From positions 1 through 52,928 of IMG/VR virus record IMGVR_UViG_3300037419_000702: a DNA stretch of 52,928 nt; one strand, written 5' to 3'. The stretch comes from a virus (Duplodnaviria > Caudoviricetes). The translations under genes and the position numbers were made by a program. Under the pieces are notes generated by a model. That model was given only the letters and a program-made list of their open reading frames with translations, made no database searches and was not told the DNA's origin. Numbering within the stretch: the first letter of the stretch is position 1; every line of letters starts with the position of its first letter. This document shows, in pieces, positions 1-10,034 of this stretch.

Positions 1-127
1 CGGATAAGCAAAGACAAACCTTCTATTGTAAGATGGAGGGTAAGCAGCTTACACATTATACCGAAATGCTTGAGGATTTTATGACCGACGATGGGGAATT
101 GGATGCCCCAAATGTTCTCACCCAGTT
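1..127. repeat. 127-bp direct repeat of window end (circular assembly overlap)
   Basis: 1-127 identical to 52802-52928; the helicase ORF reads through the junction in frame. Confidence 0.95.
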
Positions 128-665
128 AATGCGGTTACGGCAAATTTGTTTGGACCCAAGGCTGGTCGGGCTGGATGCGCCAAGTGCAAAAACGAAAGCC
201 CTTTTAGAGTGGCTGGATGATAATAAAGAGCCTGTAGTCATTATGTCCATGTTCACCAGCTATTTTGATCTAGTGAAAAAAGATATCGAAAAACTGGGGA
301 GAAAGGTTGGGATGATTCATGGAAAAATGTCCAACCAAGACAAGCAAAAATCAGTTAAATTATTCCAAGCAGGAAAAATTGACGTACTACTTTGTAATAT
401 TATTTCCGCAGGAGTGGGATTTACACTAGATCGAGCCGAAACTGTATTATTCCTAGATAAAGACTGGTCGCCCAGTATAAACGAGCAAGCCGAAGATAGG
501 GTAACTCCTGTCTCAGAAGAAAGGAATCATAAGCACACAATTATCAGCTTTGTTGCCAGTGATTCGGTTGACGAAAGAATCGATAAAGTCCTTGAGGAAA
601 AGAAATCGTTCACAGATATCATAAATAATGGAGGAATGAACGCTATCAGGAGGTTACTTAGCTAA
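1..665 (+). CDS. SNF2-like helicase, C-terminal part (continues from 51853)
   Basis: Helicase C motifs LRQICLDP, AGVGFTLDRA, QAEDRV; in frame with the ORF starting at 51853. Confidence 0.9.
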   Translation, partial: DKQRQTFYCKMEGKQLTHYTEMLEDFMTDDGELDAPNVLTQLMRLRQICLDPRLVGLDAPSAKTKALLEWLDDNKEPVVIMSMFTSYFDLVKKDIEKLGRKVGMIHGKMSNQDKQKSVKLFQAGKIDVLLCNIISAGVGFTLDRAETVLFLDKDWSPSINEQAEDRVTPVSEERNHKHTIISFVASDSVDERIDKVLEEKKSFTDIINNGGMNAIRRLLS

Positions 666-685
666 CTTCCTATAAAAATTCCCCA

Positions 686-724
686 CATGCCATGTTGCAT
701 ATGATACATGATATGTGTTATAAT
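686..724 (+). promoter_or_regulatory. sigmaA-type promoter overlapped by five heptad repeats
   Basis: TTGCAT 695-700, TGnTATAAT with -10 at 719-724; heptads CATGCCA TGTTGCA TATGATA CATGATA TGTGTTA. Confidence 0.7.
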
Positions 725-746
725 AAATAGTGAAAGGAGATAATTT

Positions 747-914
747 ATGAAGAAAACAAGTCATTATATTTCAATTAGTTATGAATACCAAAACAGTCAT
801 GAAATGCAGGAACATCTAAGAAAAATGGAAGAACTAAAAGAGGAAGGATGGAAGTGCACTTCATTTAGTTTTATGAATTTAAAAGCTAGATTTCGAAAGG
901 AGGTGAGCGAGTGA
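747..914 (+). CDS. hypothetical protein (55 aa, not in ORF track)
   Basis: AAAGGAGA RBS, ATG 747, TGA overlapping the next GTG start. Confidence 0.7.
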   Translation: MKKTSHYISISYEYQNSHEMQEHLRKMEELKEEGWKCTSFSFMNLKARFRKEVSE

Positions 915-1129
915 GCGAGCAGGAGTTGATCACACAATGTTTCTACTATCTAAATTCCTTTAAACGACATAGAGCATTACAGCAAATTAAGGCACTTGAA
1001 GGAAACCGTACAGAAGCACAATATCATGAGTTGAAGCAGTATCAATTTATGGATTCATTAGAGTTAGGACTAAGAGCGATTCAGAAAAACCAAAGAAGTA
1101 TTGGGGAGGAAAACAATGATCGAGATTAG
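911..1129 (+). CDS. hypothetical protein
   Basis: AAGGAGGT RBS, coupled to both neighbours. Confidence 0.7.
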   Translation: MSEQELITQCFYYLNSFKRHRALQQIKALEGNRTEAQYHELKQYQFMDSLELGLRAIQKNQRSIGEENNDRD

Positions 1130-2135
1130 AGGAAGCGAAGCAAGTACATTTCAACGTTGTCGATTAAAGTGGAAATACCAATGGGCGGATGGACTGAAGC
1201 CTAAACGCCCGAATGGGAAGCTGTGGTTTGGTACTCTATTTCATAAATATTTAGAGGAGTTATATATCAAAGGAAGCCATTACGATGCTAATGAAGTGAT
1301 GCGAAAGCTATTTGAGGGAACAGATACATCTAGAATGGAACAAGTAGAGCTGGATGAAGTGTGGGATTTAGCTGATAAGGTATCAAAGAATTATTGGGAC
1401 AAATGGTGGAAGGAAAACACCAAGCAGCGAACGATTGCAACTGAATTAACTTTCCGTATTCCTTATGGGGATAACCTGATGTATTATGGAACCATTGACC
1501 GTATTTACTTAGATGAAGATGATCGGCTGTGGTTCACGGATTACAAAACGGTAGCTTCCATTGAGCAGTATGAGGATAATGCCGAAATGGATCGTCAGAT
1601 TAGCCGATACTGGTGGGCGTTGCAACAACTAATGCGAGGTAAAGGAGAAATATGGGGCAAGATTGAGGATTGGGTTGATCCGAAATGGGAATTACCTTTA
1701 GAAAAGGAAGTAGCCGGATTTGTTTACGATATTATCAAGAAGGATTACCCACATCCCCCGGAGGTCTTGAAGAAGGGTGGGCTATCCAAAGCCAAGAATC
1801 AGAAAACATCCTATGATCTATATCTTGGCAAGATTAGGGAACTAGGGCTGAATGTGGAAGATTATCAGGATATGCTTGATTTTCTAACTGATAAGCCGGA
1901 CGGGTTCTTCCGTAGGGTCCAAGTGTTCCGTACGCAGGGTGAAGTTGACGCTTCGATGGAGGAACTACTGCTGGTAGCTAAGGATATGGAGCAGCCTAGA
2001 ATCTACCGAAATATCACGAAAGACTGTTCATGGGATTGCGATTACAAAGGATTATGTGTCGCTTCAATGGATGGATCAAATGTCGATCTACTTATTAATC
2101 TAATGTACGACAAGGAGGATATTAAAAATGGCTAA
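1116..2135 (+). CDS. PD-(D/E)XK Cas4/RecB-like exonuclease
   Basis: GTLFH, GTIDRI..TDYKT, C-terminal C..C...C; likely start ATG 1116 after GGAGG. Confidence 0.85.
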   Translation: MIEIRGSEASTFQRCRLKWKYQWADGLKPKRPNGKLWFGTLFHKYLEELYIKGSHYDANEVMRKLFEGTDTSRMEQVELDEVWDLADKVSKNYWDKWWKENTKQRTIATELTFRIPYGDNLMYYGTIDRIYLDEDDRLWFTDYKTVASIEQYEDNAEMDRQISRYWWALQQLMRGKGEIWGKIEDWVDPKWELPLEKEVAGFVYDIIKKDYPHPPEVLKKGGLSKAKNQKTSYDLYLGKIRELGLNVEDYQDMLDFLTDKPDGFFRRVQVFRTQGEVDASMEELLLVAKDMEQPRIYRNITKDCSWDCDYKGLCVASMDGSNVDLLINLMYDKEDIKNG

Positions 2136-2928
2136 AACACTAGGAAAGAAAGCTGAGACAAAAGGGGAAGGACGTTCGATTGTCCTTTATGCCCCACCAT
2201 TTGCAGGGAAAACCACTTACCTAGCTGATCCTGAAGTAAAGGTATTACTAGCGGATATGGATCACAATACCTCTCCCCTAGATGACGCGGATAATGTAAC
2301 TATATTTCCGATTGATAGTTTTGAGGATTACCTAGAGTTCAAAACTTCGGTGCAGCGTGGTTATTTTCAAATTGATGGTGAAAAAATTCCCTGCAAGGAT
2401 TATGATGTAATTGCACTCGATTCATTCACTCGATTTGAGGAATTGATTAAAAAGTTCGTCGCTACCAAGTATGCCCCAAATCGTAAACGTGAGATTGAAG
2501 GGAAGTTTGGCGCACAGACTGATTGGGATGATCTTCAATCTAGGGAAGTAGCTGAAGTCAGAGAGTGGCAAGCGATGACCCGTTCTCAAGGGTTCAACGT
2601 TCTGTGGATCGGTCACGATATGGCTATCAATGATTCACTGACAGGTCAAGTGGCTAGAATCCAATTAGCCCTTCAAGGAAAATACGCTTCAGCCCGAATT
2701 ATGTCGGCTGTAGATGCGGTTATGTATCTCCATAAATACGAAGATAAGGACAAAACGATTAAGCGTGTTATCTACACACAAAACTTCGGAGCCGTTCAAG
2801 CTGATGCAAGATTGCCTGTGGAAAAACGTGCGAAACTTCCTTCAGCTTTACCGTTGGATAAGATGCCTTTATCAAAAGTGTTACCATACTTAGGGTACAA
2901 GAAAGTCGAAGCAATTGCTCAAAAATAG
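2128..2928 (+). CDS. Sak4-like AAA ATPase (single-strand annealing/recombination)
   Basis: Walker A YAPPFAGKTT, Walker B IALDS, WIGH; lies between exonuclease and SSB. Confidence 0.8.
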   Translation: MAKTLGKKAETKGEGRSIVLYAPPFAGKTTYLADPEVKVLLADMDHNTSPLDDADNVTIFPIDSFEDYLEFKTSVQRGYFQIDGEKIPCKDYDVIALDSFTRFEELIKKFVATKYAPNRKREIEGKFGAQTDWDDLQSREVAEVREWQAMTRSQGFNVLWIGHDMAINDSLTGQVARIQLALQGKYASARIMSAVDAVMYLHKYEDKDKTIKRVIYTQNFGAVQADARLPVEKRAKLPSALPLDKMPLSKVLPYLGYKKVEAIAQK

Positions 2929-2931
2929 TTG

Positions 2932-2972
2932 TTGACTGTCATGTGCTACGTGGTATATGATAAGCACATGAC
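2932..2972 (+). promoter_or_regulatory. promoter with heptad repeats and inverted repeat
   Basis: TTGACT 2932, TATGAT 2956; inverted repeat GTCATGTGCT / AGCACATGAC. Confidence 0.65.
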
Positions 2973-3012
2973 GGTTTTAATAAATTAAACCAAAACTAGG
3001 GAGGAAAATATT

Positions 3013-3483
3013 ATGTCATTCTTTAAACTTGATGAGTCTCAAACTGGTGGAGCATTCGAGCCAATGCCGATTGGTGAGTACGAAGCGATTATTACAGGAG
3101 CCGAAGTTATTAATTCTTCTAATGGAAACCCAATGATCAAGATTACCCTAACGGTTCGTGATGATGTGGATCAAGAAGGTAAAAAGCGTAAGGTATTCGA
3201 TAATGCGGTTGCTACCGAAAAAGCGATGTTCAAATTTCACCAGCTAGGAAAAGCGTTAGGAATCGAAGCGATGGCTACAATTGAAGGGTTTGCTCAAGCG
3301 ATGCTGTATAAGCCAATTCGATTCAAAAATAAGCATGAAGAGTACAATGGTAAAGTTAATGACAAGGTAAATTATTATTCTCCTGCTCAAGTAGATTATA
3401 ATGGGCAAGGCGGTCAGGTAACAGGCGATCCATTCGCTGGGTCCAGTACAGTTGATATCAGTGATGAAGACCTTCCCTTCTGA
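3013..3483 (+). CDS. single-stranded DNA-binding protein (DUF669-like)
   Basis: FEPMPIGEYEA N-terminus, acidic tail DISDEDLPF. Confidence 0.85.
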   Translation: MSFFKLDESQTGGAFEPMPIGEYEAIITGAEVINSSNGNPMIKITLTVRDDVDQEGKKRKVFDNAVATEKAMFKFHQLGKALGIEAMATIEGFAQAMLYKPIRFKNKHEEYNGKVNDKVNYYSPAQVDYNGQGGQVTGDPFAGSSTVDISDEDLPF

Positions 3484-3550
3484 TGAAGGTACTTTACTAC
3501 TTTAACTAACTATGATACGATACCTTCATACTATTTTAGGAGGGTAAGCG

Positions 3551-4075
3551 ATGGACACTTGGAAACCTGTTGTTGGGTATGAAGGTATCTATGAAGTTAG
3601 CGATAACGGAGATATAAGAACTTCTGATGGTAAAACCACCTACACTGAAAAGCATGGGATTAGGCATTGGAGCCAACGTGTTTTAAAGCAAAAAACAGAC
3701 AAATACGGGTACAAAAGAGTAACTCTCTATAAAGATGGAAAGCCGAAAGATTTTCTAGTACATCGTTTAGTTGCTGAAGTATTTTGCGAAAAACAGGATG
3801 ATAAGCCGATCATAAATCATATTGACGGAAAGCCTGATAATAATATCGCTGACAATCTTGAATGGTGTGACTACAGGCATAATCTAATCCATGCTTTTAA
3901 GAATGGAATGAATAAATCCCCTAATAAAACCGTTCTAACTAATAAACTAACTGGCGAAAAACTTGAATTTATATCAATGGCAGAGGCTAGTCAATTTATT
4001 GGCTGTAATAAAGGGTATATTAGTAGTCTTGTAAAGAGGGGAAAGAACGAAACAAAAGAATGGATTATTAGCTAA
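3551..4075 (+). CDS. NUMOD4-HNH homing endonuclease
   Basis: WKPVVGYEGIYEVSDNG; VHRLVA..NHIDGKPDNNIADNLEW. Confidence 0.9.
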   Translation: MDTWKPVVGYEGIYEVSDNGDIRTSDGKTTYTEKHGIRHWSQRVLKQKTDKYGYKRVTLYKDGKPKDFLVHRLVAEVFCEKQDDKPIINHIDGKPDNNIADNLEWCDYRHNLIHAFKNGMNKSPNKTVLTNKLTGEKLEFISMAEASQFIGCNKGYISSLVKRGKNETKEWIIS

Positions 4076-4093
4076 AGGGCGACTCGCCCTTTT
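4074..4093 (+). terminator. intrinsic terminator-like hairpin
   Basis: AAAGGGCGA-CTCGCCCTTTT directly after the HNH stop. Confidence 0.55.
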
Positions 4094-4182
4094 GGTGAAG
4101 TGATAGGACAATAGCCGGGACTGCGCCTAGGAGGTCCCTCGCCTATTACTTCATCAAGTGGGCGAAGTAAGGAGGGGAAAGC

Positions 4183-7092
4183 ATGGTTAGGGGAGAATTT
4201 TTACGCACATTTTTTGAAGAAAGAGAAGCACTCACCGTCAAAACAAATAACGAAGCTGATGTTCGCTGCCCGTTTCCACATGACAAAGGATATGAAACTA
4301 GACCTTCTGCCCACGTTAACTTGGAGTTAGGGGTTTTTCATTGCAAGACTTGTGCTGCCGAAGGGCGTTGGAATCATGGTGGACTATCAGAGATCGATTT
4401 CCTAGCTAAGGTCTACAATCTACCCTATGCACAAGCTGTTCGATATATGTCTGTTTTAACAGGAGATATGGAAGTCCCGTGGGATCAAGCCATGATCAAC
4501 CTGAAAACGAACGCGGATGGAATGGAGTTTCTAACACAAGAAAGAGGGCTTACTGAACAAACGATTGAAGAATACCAACTAGGGTACCTAGGAGAAGGAG
4601 TCGCCTACCCGGTTTTCATTAACGGATACTTAGCAGATATACGAACCTATAACCCAAACTGGAAAGAAGAAGCAGCACAAAACCCCGGAAAGAATATTCC
4701 TAAGATCAAGTCAACAAGAGGTGCTTCAAATTTACTTTTCCCCTATGACCATTGGAGATTGGACCCCAAGCCCACCTTACTTTGTGCAGGAGACAACGAC
4801 ACATTATTAGCTAGACAAAACGGATTCAATGCCATAACCGTTACTTTTGGAGAAGGTAGCCAATTCCCGAAGATATTTCTTCCCCAGTTTAAGGATAAAC
4901 TTGTTTACGTTTGCTATGATTGTGATGCAGCTGGGAAGCAAGGCGGTCGAAGTGCAGCCTTTCAATTAAAGGAAGCTGGGGCAATAGTTAAGATCGTCGA
5001 TCTTGGATTAACTGGGGAAAAGGATGACAAAGACATTACGGATTTCTTCCTCAAGCGACATTTCACCTCAGATGACTTGGATCAACGAATGGCTGAAGCT
5101 GTGGACTACACAGAGGATTTATTTTCAGAAGATAAAGAAAGGGAGTACCCCCTCGTTCCTCTGTGGGAGATCATTAATCCTGAATGGAATAACCGCTACA
5201 TTTCGAGTCGAGTGATCATGATGGGTAAATATGACCGACCGATGGAAATTCCAACAGCGATTGAATGGAGTTGTACCCGACCAAAGTACACAGAGAATGG
5301 AACCTCTCCATGCGATTCTTGTCGGTTTGCTGAAGAAAGCGGTCATTGGTTTTTAGAGGAAAAAACCTTACGGGATGCCCTTTACCTAGCTGAACAAAAT
5401 GAGGAACCACAAGAAAAGTTTATTAAGACGAAACTACTAAACCTACCGGGAAAATGCCCCGGAGTAAATAAGAGAGTACTAGATCGTGCGCCTGTTCATA
5501 AGGTGATCTTATCCCCTGATGTGGAAACGGAAGATGAGTTATCAGGCTATAAGGGAGTAGAGCAATACGCTTATACAATTGGAAAAGAAAATCAGCTAGA
5601 AGATGGGCAACGTTATCGAGCCTTTTTCAAGCGTTTTCCACATCCCCTTCAACAACAATTTATCGTAGCGTTAATTGATAGAGTGGAAGAGTCCGATAAT
5701 GCAATCAATCGATTTCGAATCGATGAGGAAATGATCCAAGAACTTTCCCAGTTTCAAGGGCATCCAAAGGATGTAATGAATAAGCGATACGAGAACGCTA
5801 AGATCGTTGTAGGAGGATTTGCGAAAGATATGGTCGCATGGGCAGTCGATCTAGCTTATCACTCAGTTATGAGTTTCAAATTTGGTAGAGAGTTGATTAA
5901 AAGAGGAAGTTTGGATGCTTTAGTGATCGGGGAATCCCGAACAGGTAAATCTGATACAGCATTAAAGCTGCAACAATTCTATGGAGTCGGAAACTTTACA
6001 GAGTGTAAAACAGCAACAACGGCTGGTCTTTTAGGGGGAGCCGATAAGCTACCTTCGGGCGGTCATCGGATCAAGTGGGGGAAAATTCCTCGAAATCATA
6101 AAGGAATGCTGATCCTAGATGAGTTATCAGGGATGCCAATGTCGGTTATGGCAACATTGACCGGGCTACGTTCCCAACAAACAGCTAGGATAGAAAAGAT
6201 TGTAGATGGGGTCGCCCCTGCATGGGTCCGAAAGTTATGGATCAGTAACCCAAGGGTACAATCGAATGGGAAATCCCTTAACATCTTAGATTACCCGGAC
6301 GGTGTAAAAATTGTACTCGATTTGATTGGTTCGGATGAGGACGTTGCCCGTTTTGATTTTATCTACATCCTGCCGAATGATGGAAAGTATATCTCTCCAT
6401 TCGAAGATGCTCAAGGGCTATCTGAAGAGGAATACGAATACCTTTCCCATCATTCAGCTTCCTATCGAAACTTGATCCACTGGATATGGTCCCGAAATTC
6501 GGAACAGGTGAAATGGGAAGCGAATGCCGACCGCTACACTTGGCAAGTAGCTCAAGAGTTGAATGAGAAGTTTGACACAGATGTAAAGCTATTAGGAGGT
6601 GAAGCCCATAAGAAACTCGCTCGGATCGCTGTGGCTGTTGCTGGTTGTTGTTTTTCCCATGACGGTACGGGTCAGTCTATACTTGTCAGAAAGGAACATA
6701 TCGACTGGGCTAGAGATTTTATGGTGCGGTGTTATGACAACGATGTGTTTCGTTTACCTGAGTACGTGGCACAAACGAAATTAACCACAACCACAAATCC
6801 TGAAGTAAATGCCGTGGTAGCTGGGTTGATTAATAGCCAACCGATGCTAATGAAAACCTTGGCTAGTCAAACAGAAATCACTTCGAGACAGCTTCAATTA
6901 TTGTCGGGGATGGATACAAACCAATTCAGTGATGCCTACCGAACGCTGGTGAAACATTCCCTAGTTCAAACGATTGGGTCGGATCGAGTGATGCCAACGA
7001 GACGGTTCCGACTAGCGATTAGGGCTTACCGAGAAACACATGATTCACAACGCATGATACCTTTAAGTGAACAAGATGGGAGTTTTATATAG
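4183..7092 (+). CDS. DNA primase-helicase: Zn finger + TOPRIM + MCM-like AAA+ helicase
   Basis: CPFPH..FHCKTC; CYDCDAAG and KDITD; GESRTGKS, LILDELS, ARFD. Confidence 0.8.
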   Translation: MVRGEFLRTFFEEREALTVKTNNEADVRCPFPHDKGYETRPSAHVNLELGVFHCKTCAAEGRWNHGGLSEIDFLAKVYNLPYAQAVRYMSVLTGDMEVPWDQAMINLKTNADGMEFLTQERGLTEQTIEEYQLGYLGEGVAYPVFINGYLADIRTYNPNWKEEAAQNPGKNIPKIKSTRGASNLLFPYDHWRLDPKPTLLCAGDNDTLLARQNGFNAITVTFGEGSQFPKIFLPQFKDKLVYVCYDCDAAGKQGGRSAAFQLKEAGAIVKIVDLGLTGEKDDKDITDFFLKRHFTSDDLDQRMAEAVDYTEDLFSEDKEREYPLVPLWEIINPEWNNRYISSRVIMMGKYDRPMEIPTAIEWSCTRPKYTENGTSPCDSCRFAEESGHWFLEEKTLRDALYLAEQNEEPQEKFIKTKLLNLPGKCPGVNKRVLDRAPVHKVILSPDVETEDELSGYKGVEQYAYTIGKENQLEDGQRYRAFFKRFPHPLQQQFIVALIDRVEESDNAINRFRIDEEMIQELSQFQGHPKDVMNKRYENAKIVVGGFAKDMVAWAVDLAYHSVMSFKFGRELIKRGSLDALVIGESRTGKSDTALKLQQFYGVGNFTECKTATTAGLLGGADKLPSGGHRIKWGKIPRNHKGMLILDELSGMPMSVMATLTGLRSQQTARIEKIVDGVAPAWVRKLWISNPRVQSNGKSLNILDYPDGVKIVLDLIGSDEDVARFDFIYILPNDGKYISPFEDAQGLSEEEYEYLSHHSASYRNLIHWIWSRNSEQVKWEANADRYTWQVAQELNEKFDTDVKLLGGEAHKKLARIAVAVAGCCFSHDGTGQSILVRKEHIDWARDFMVRCYDNDVFRLPEYVAQTKLTTTTNPEVNAVVAGLINSQPMLMKTLASQTEITSRQLQLLSGMDTNQFSDAYRTLVKHSLVQTIGSDRVMPTRRFRLAIRAYRETHDSQRMIPLSEQDGSFI

Positions 7093-7551
7093 ATGAAAGA
7101 GATTCAGTTAACAAACGGTCAAATTGTTTTGGTGGATGAAGAAGATTTTATATATTTAACCGAAATCACGTGGGGGCAAAATCGTGGATATGGAGTTACT
7201 TATGTGTTGGTAAACTGCAAACCGAAAAGATTTTATATGCACAAAATGGTCATGAGGGCAGGTAAAGGTCAGATTGTGGACCATATAAATGGAAATAAAC
7301 TAGATAACCGTAAAGAAAACCTCAGATTAGTAACTCATCAACAAAACTGTATGAATCAAAATATTGCGATCAATAACTCGACAGGATATAAAGGTGTCTC
7401 TTATCACAAGGGACACCAAAAATATGGTGCAAGTATTCGTATTAATAATAGATTAGTTCATTTAGGTTACTTCAAAAATCCATTTGATGCTGCTTTAGCT
7501 TATAATGAAGCTGCCCTTATGTACTTCGGCAAGTATGCAAGATTAAATTAA
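7093..7551 (+). CDS. HNH-AP2 homing endonuclease
   Basis: VDHINGNKLDNRKENLR; STGYKGV..HLGYF..AALAYN. Confidence 0.9.
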   Translation: MKEIQLTNGQIVLVDEEDFIYLTEITWGQNRGYGVTYVLVNCKPKRFYMHKMVMRAGKGQIVDHINGNKLDNRKENLRLVTHQQNCMNQNIAINNSTGYKGVSYHKGHQKYGASIRINNRLVHLGYFKNPFDAALAYNEAALMYFGKYARLN

Positions 7552-7564
7552 GGAGTTTGATACT

Positions 7565-9775
7565 ATGATTATAACGATAGCTAGGGAAGAATACACTGTT
7601 TTTTACACAGAAAGTGGTCTTGAAATAAATGAATCGATAGCTTTTGATAGACCTAAATTCTTAACTTACGATACTGAAACCACAGGTTTACACTTGAAAA
7701 AAGATAAACCTACACTCGGAGCAATTTGCTACGATCATAAGGTATTCGTATTTCCTACAACAAAAGATGTGTTAAAGTGGATGCCTGAATGGACTAAAAA
7801 AGTAAAAAGACTATATGGTCATAACATTGGATTTGATATGAACATGACAGCAAACGCTATGGAAGATGACAACTTTCCACTAAAACTGGGGAAAATCGGG
7901 GATACAATGGGGCTTTGTCGGCTTACTTTTGAAGCCATTTCCGTTCGTGACGGTGGAGACTCCCTCGCTTTAAAAGCAATTGCTCGTAAGTATATCGATA
8001 AAGAATCCGATCGATTTGAAAAAGCTGTGAAGGGTTGGCTTGAAGCGAAGAAAGCACAGAATCGAAAAGTTCTTATTGCTGTGCTGCATGGATTTAAAGA
8101 TGAAAAAGGGAAATGGTCTATCAAGCGTTTCGAATCGGCTTTAAATAAAGGGACCGAAGCGATCCCCTCAGATGTAATGGAAGCTTTCCAAAATTGGCAA
8201 GTCTGTTATCCTGATCCAACGTATGCCGATGTTCCCCAAGAAATCCTGTTACCTTACCTAGCTGTGGATGTGATTTTAACCAAGATACTTGTTTTGAAAT
8301 CCTTGCCAATTATCGTGCAGCGAAACCAAACCGGGATCATGGAAATGGAGTTTGATCTTATTCCTGTTGTGTATAAGATGGAACGGGCTGGGATTAAGGT
8401 AGACCGGGAATACCTCCAAGATTGCTACAAGAAAGTCGATGATTACATCCAAGATTTATACATCCAACTTCACGAATTATCAGGTATGGAGTTCCGAGTC
8501 GGTCAGCATAAGGTAGTCAATGATCTGCTGAACGGAATGATTGAATCAGATAAAAATGTTAAGACTGACAAACCAGGACTGAAGAAGATCGAAAAACTGA
8601 CTGAAAATGAAGTGGCGATTGAAATCGCTGAGATCGTGAGCCGTTTGCGTAGGCTGGAAAAATGGAAGTCAACCTACATTGAAAAAATCCTTGATGATTC
8701 AGAGTACGATGGACGATTCTATACACAAATGTCCCAGTTCAATCCCGTTTCCGGTCGGTTCAGTGGGGATGCCCAGCAATTCCCGAAAGACCCGATTTAT
8801 ACGAAAGAAGGTTATCAGTATGAGAAAGACCATCCGGGTAAAAAGGTTCCCGAAGAGTATATTCTCTATCATCCACGCAGAGCCTTTATCGGATTCTTCT
8901 ACTACCTCGACTATTCGCAAGTTGAACTTCGTGTACAAGGTCATTATACCTTATACTTCGGAGGGGATACCAATCTTCTTCGGGCATATATGCCCTATCG
9001 ATGTAAGCACTATAAGACTGGAACAATGTACGATTACGAAACAGTGGAAGGTCGTTGTAAATGGTCGGAATTAAGAGAGGGTGCGCCTACTGATCTTCAC
9101 TGGGAAAAGGCACTTGAAAAAGGTTGGTCTGTATGGGTGATTGAAGAAACTGGGGAAACATGGGTCCCAACAGACGTTCACTTGGCTACTACCTTAAAAG
9201 CCCTTGTCGCTATGGGATTCGATCCGGCAACAATGGACCCTAAAGATATCGCATGGTGGAGAAAGAAAGGGAAAACCTTCAACTTTATGCGGAACTATGG
9301 TGGTGGGGATGCGAAAGCTGCGGAGACATTGGATATCTCCCTAGATGCTGCAAGAGCGATGAACCAAGGTTATACGGATGCCTTTCCAATCGTTGTCACT
9401 TATCAGGAAGGAGTGATAAAGAAAGCTAGGGAAATGGGCTATGTGGAAAATCTTTCGGGTCGAAGATACTACTTGGCAAATTGGAACAAACATTACAAAT
9501 TAGCCAATTATCTGATCCAAGGTTCTTGTGCCGATGTGCTGAAGAAAAAGATGATTCAAATTGACCAGTTCCTTACAGAGAATAATTGTAAAACAAGAAT
9601 GGTCCTTTGTGTTCATGACGAACTTCAGTTTGAGGGAGTTGAAGGAGAAGAGTGGGTAATCGCTAAGTGTAAAGAAATCATGGAAGATACCCCGGATATC
9701 CTTGTTCCAATCGTAGCTGAAGCTGAGGTAACATATACCGATTGGGCGTCCAAAAAGTCGTTTCATGTTGCCTAG
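7565..9775 (+). CDS. polA: DNA polymerase, family A, with 3'-5' exonuclease
   Basis: YDTETTG, GHNIGFD, DYSQVELR, KTFNFMRNYG, IQGSCAD, VHDEL. Confidence 0.92.
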   Translation: MIITIAREEYTVFYTESGLEINESIAFDRPKFLTYDTETTGLHLKKDKPTLGAICYDHKVFVFPTTKDVLKWMPEWTKKVKRLYGHNIGFDMNMTANAMEDDNFPLKLGKIGDTMGLCRLTFEAISVRDGGDSLALKAIARKYIDKESDRFEKAVKGWLEAKKAQNRKVLIAVLHGFKDEKGKWSIKRFESALNKGTEAIPSDVMEAFQNWQVCYPDPTYADVPQEILLPYLAVDVILTKILVLKSLPIIVQRNQTGIMEMEFDLIPVVYKMERAGIKVDREYLQDCYKKVDDYIQDLYIQLHELSGMEFRVGQHKVVNDLLNGMIESDKNVKTDKPGLKKIEKLTENEVAIEIAEIVSRLRRLEKWKSTYIEKILDDSEYDGRFYTQMSQFNPVSGRFSGDAQQFPKDPIYTKEGYQYEKDHPGKKVPEEYILYHPRRAFIGFFYYLDYSQVELRVQGHYTLYFGGDTNLLRAYMPYRCKHYKTGTMYDYETVEGRCKWSELREGAPTDLHWEKALEKGWSVWVIEETGETWVPTDVHLATTLKALVAMGFDPATMDPKDIAWWRKKGKTFNFMRNYGGGDAKAAETLDISLDAARAMNQGYTDAFPIVVTYQEGVIKKAREMGYVENLSGRRYYLANWNKHYKLANYLIQGSCADVLKKKMIQIDQFLTENNCKTRMVLCVHDELQFEGVEGEEWVIAKCKEIMEDTPDILVPIVAEAEVTYTDWASKKSFHVA

Positions 9776-9805
9776 AAAATCAACAATCTATAAGGAGTGT
9801 AAAAA

Positions 9806-9904
9806 ATGCCGATCGATATTGGTCCGTGGATAAGCGGAGTAACCATTGGGTTATGTGTTGTTGCTTTTATTAGTTGGATTTACCACAAGTTGAAAAGTCA
9901 ATAA
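9806..9904 (+). CDS. small membrane protein (32 aa) flanked by 8-4-8 sites
   Basis: AAGGAG RBS; MPIDIGPWISGVTIGLCVVAFISWIYHKLKSQ, one hydrophobic helix. Confidence 0.6.
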   Translation: MPIDIGPWISGVTIGLCVVAFISWIYHKLKSQ

Positions 9905-10034
9905 AATCCAGAGTTTGTTGGATTCGACATACTTTTCGATAGTCAGCCTGTCCGAATTTTGGTAAAATGAGAGAAGGTCAATCCCTTGAAGATTGACCTT
10001 TTTAAACCACAATATTTAGAAAGAGGGAGAAATA

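Noticed and set aside
3484-7564. Group I introns around the HNH genes
   Set aside because: The flanking genes (SSB, primase-helicase, polA) are intact and there is no room for an intron core, so the HNH genes are free-standing.
5024-9766. Short alternate-frame and antisense ORFs inside primase and polA (and similar ones elsewhere)
   Set aside because: They lack RBSs and motifs, unlike the nested HNH in the intein; treated as shadow ORFs.
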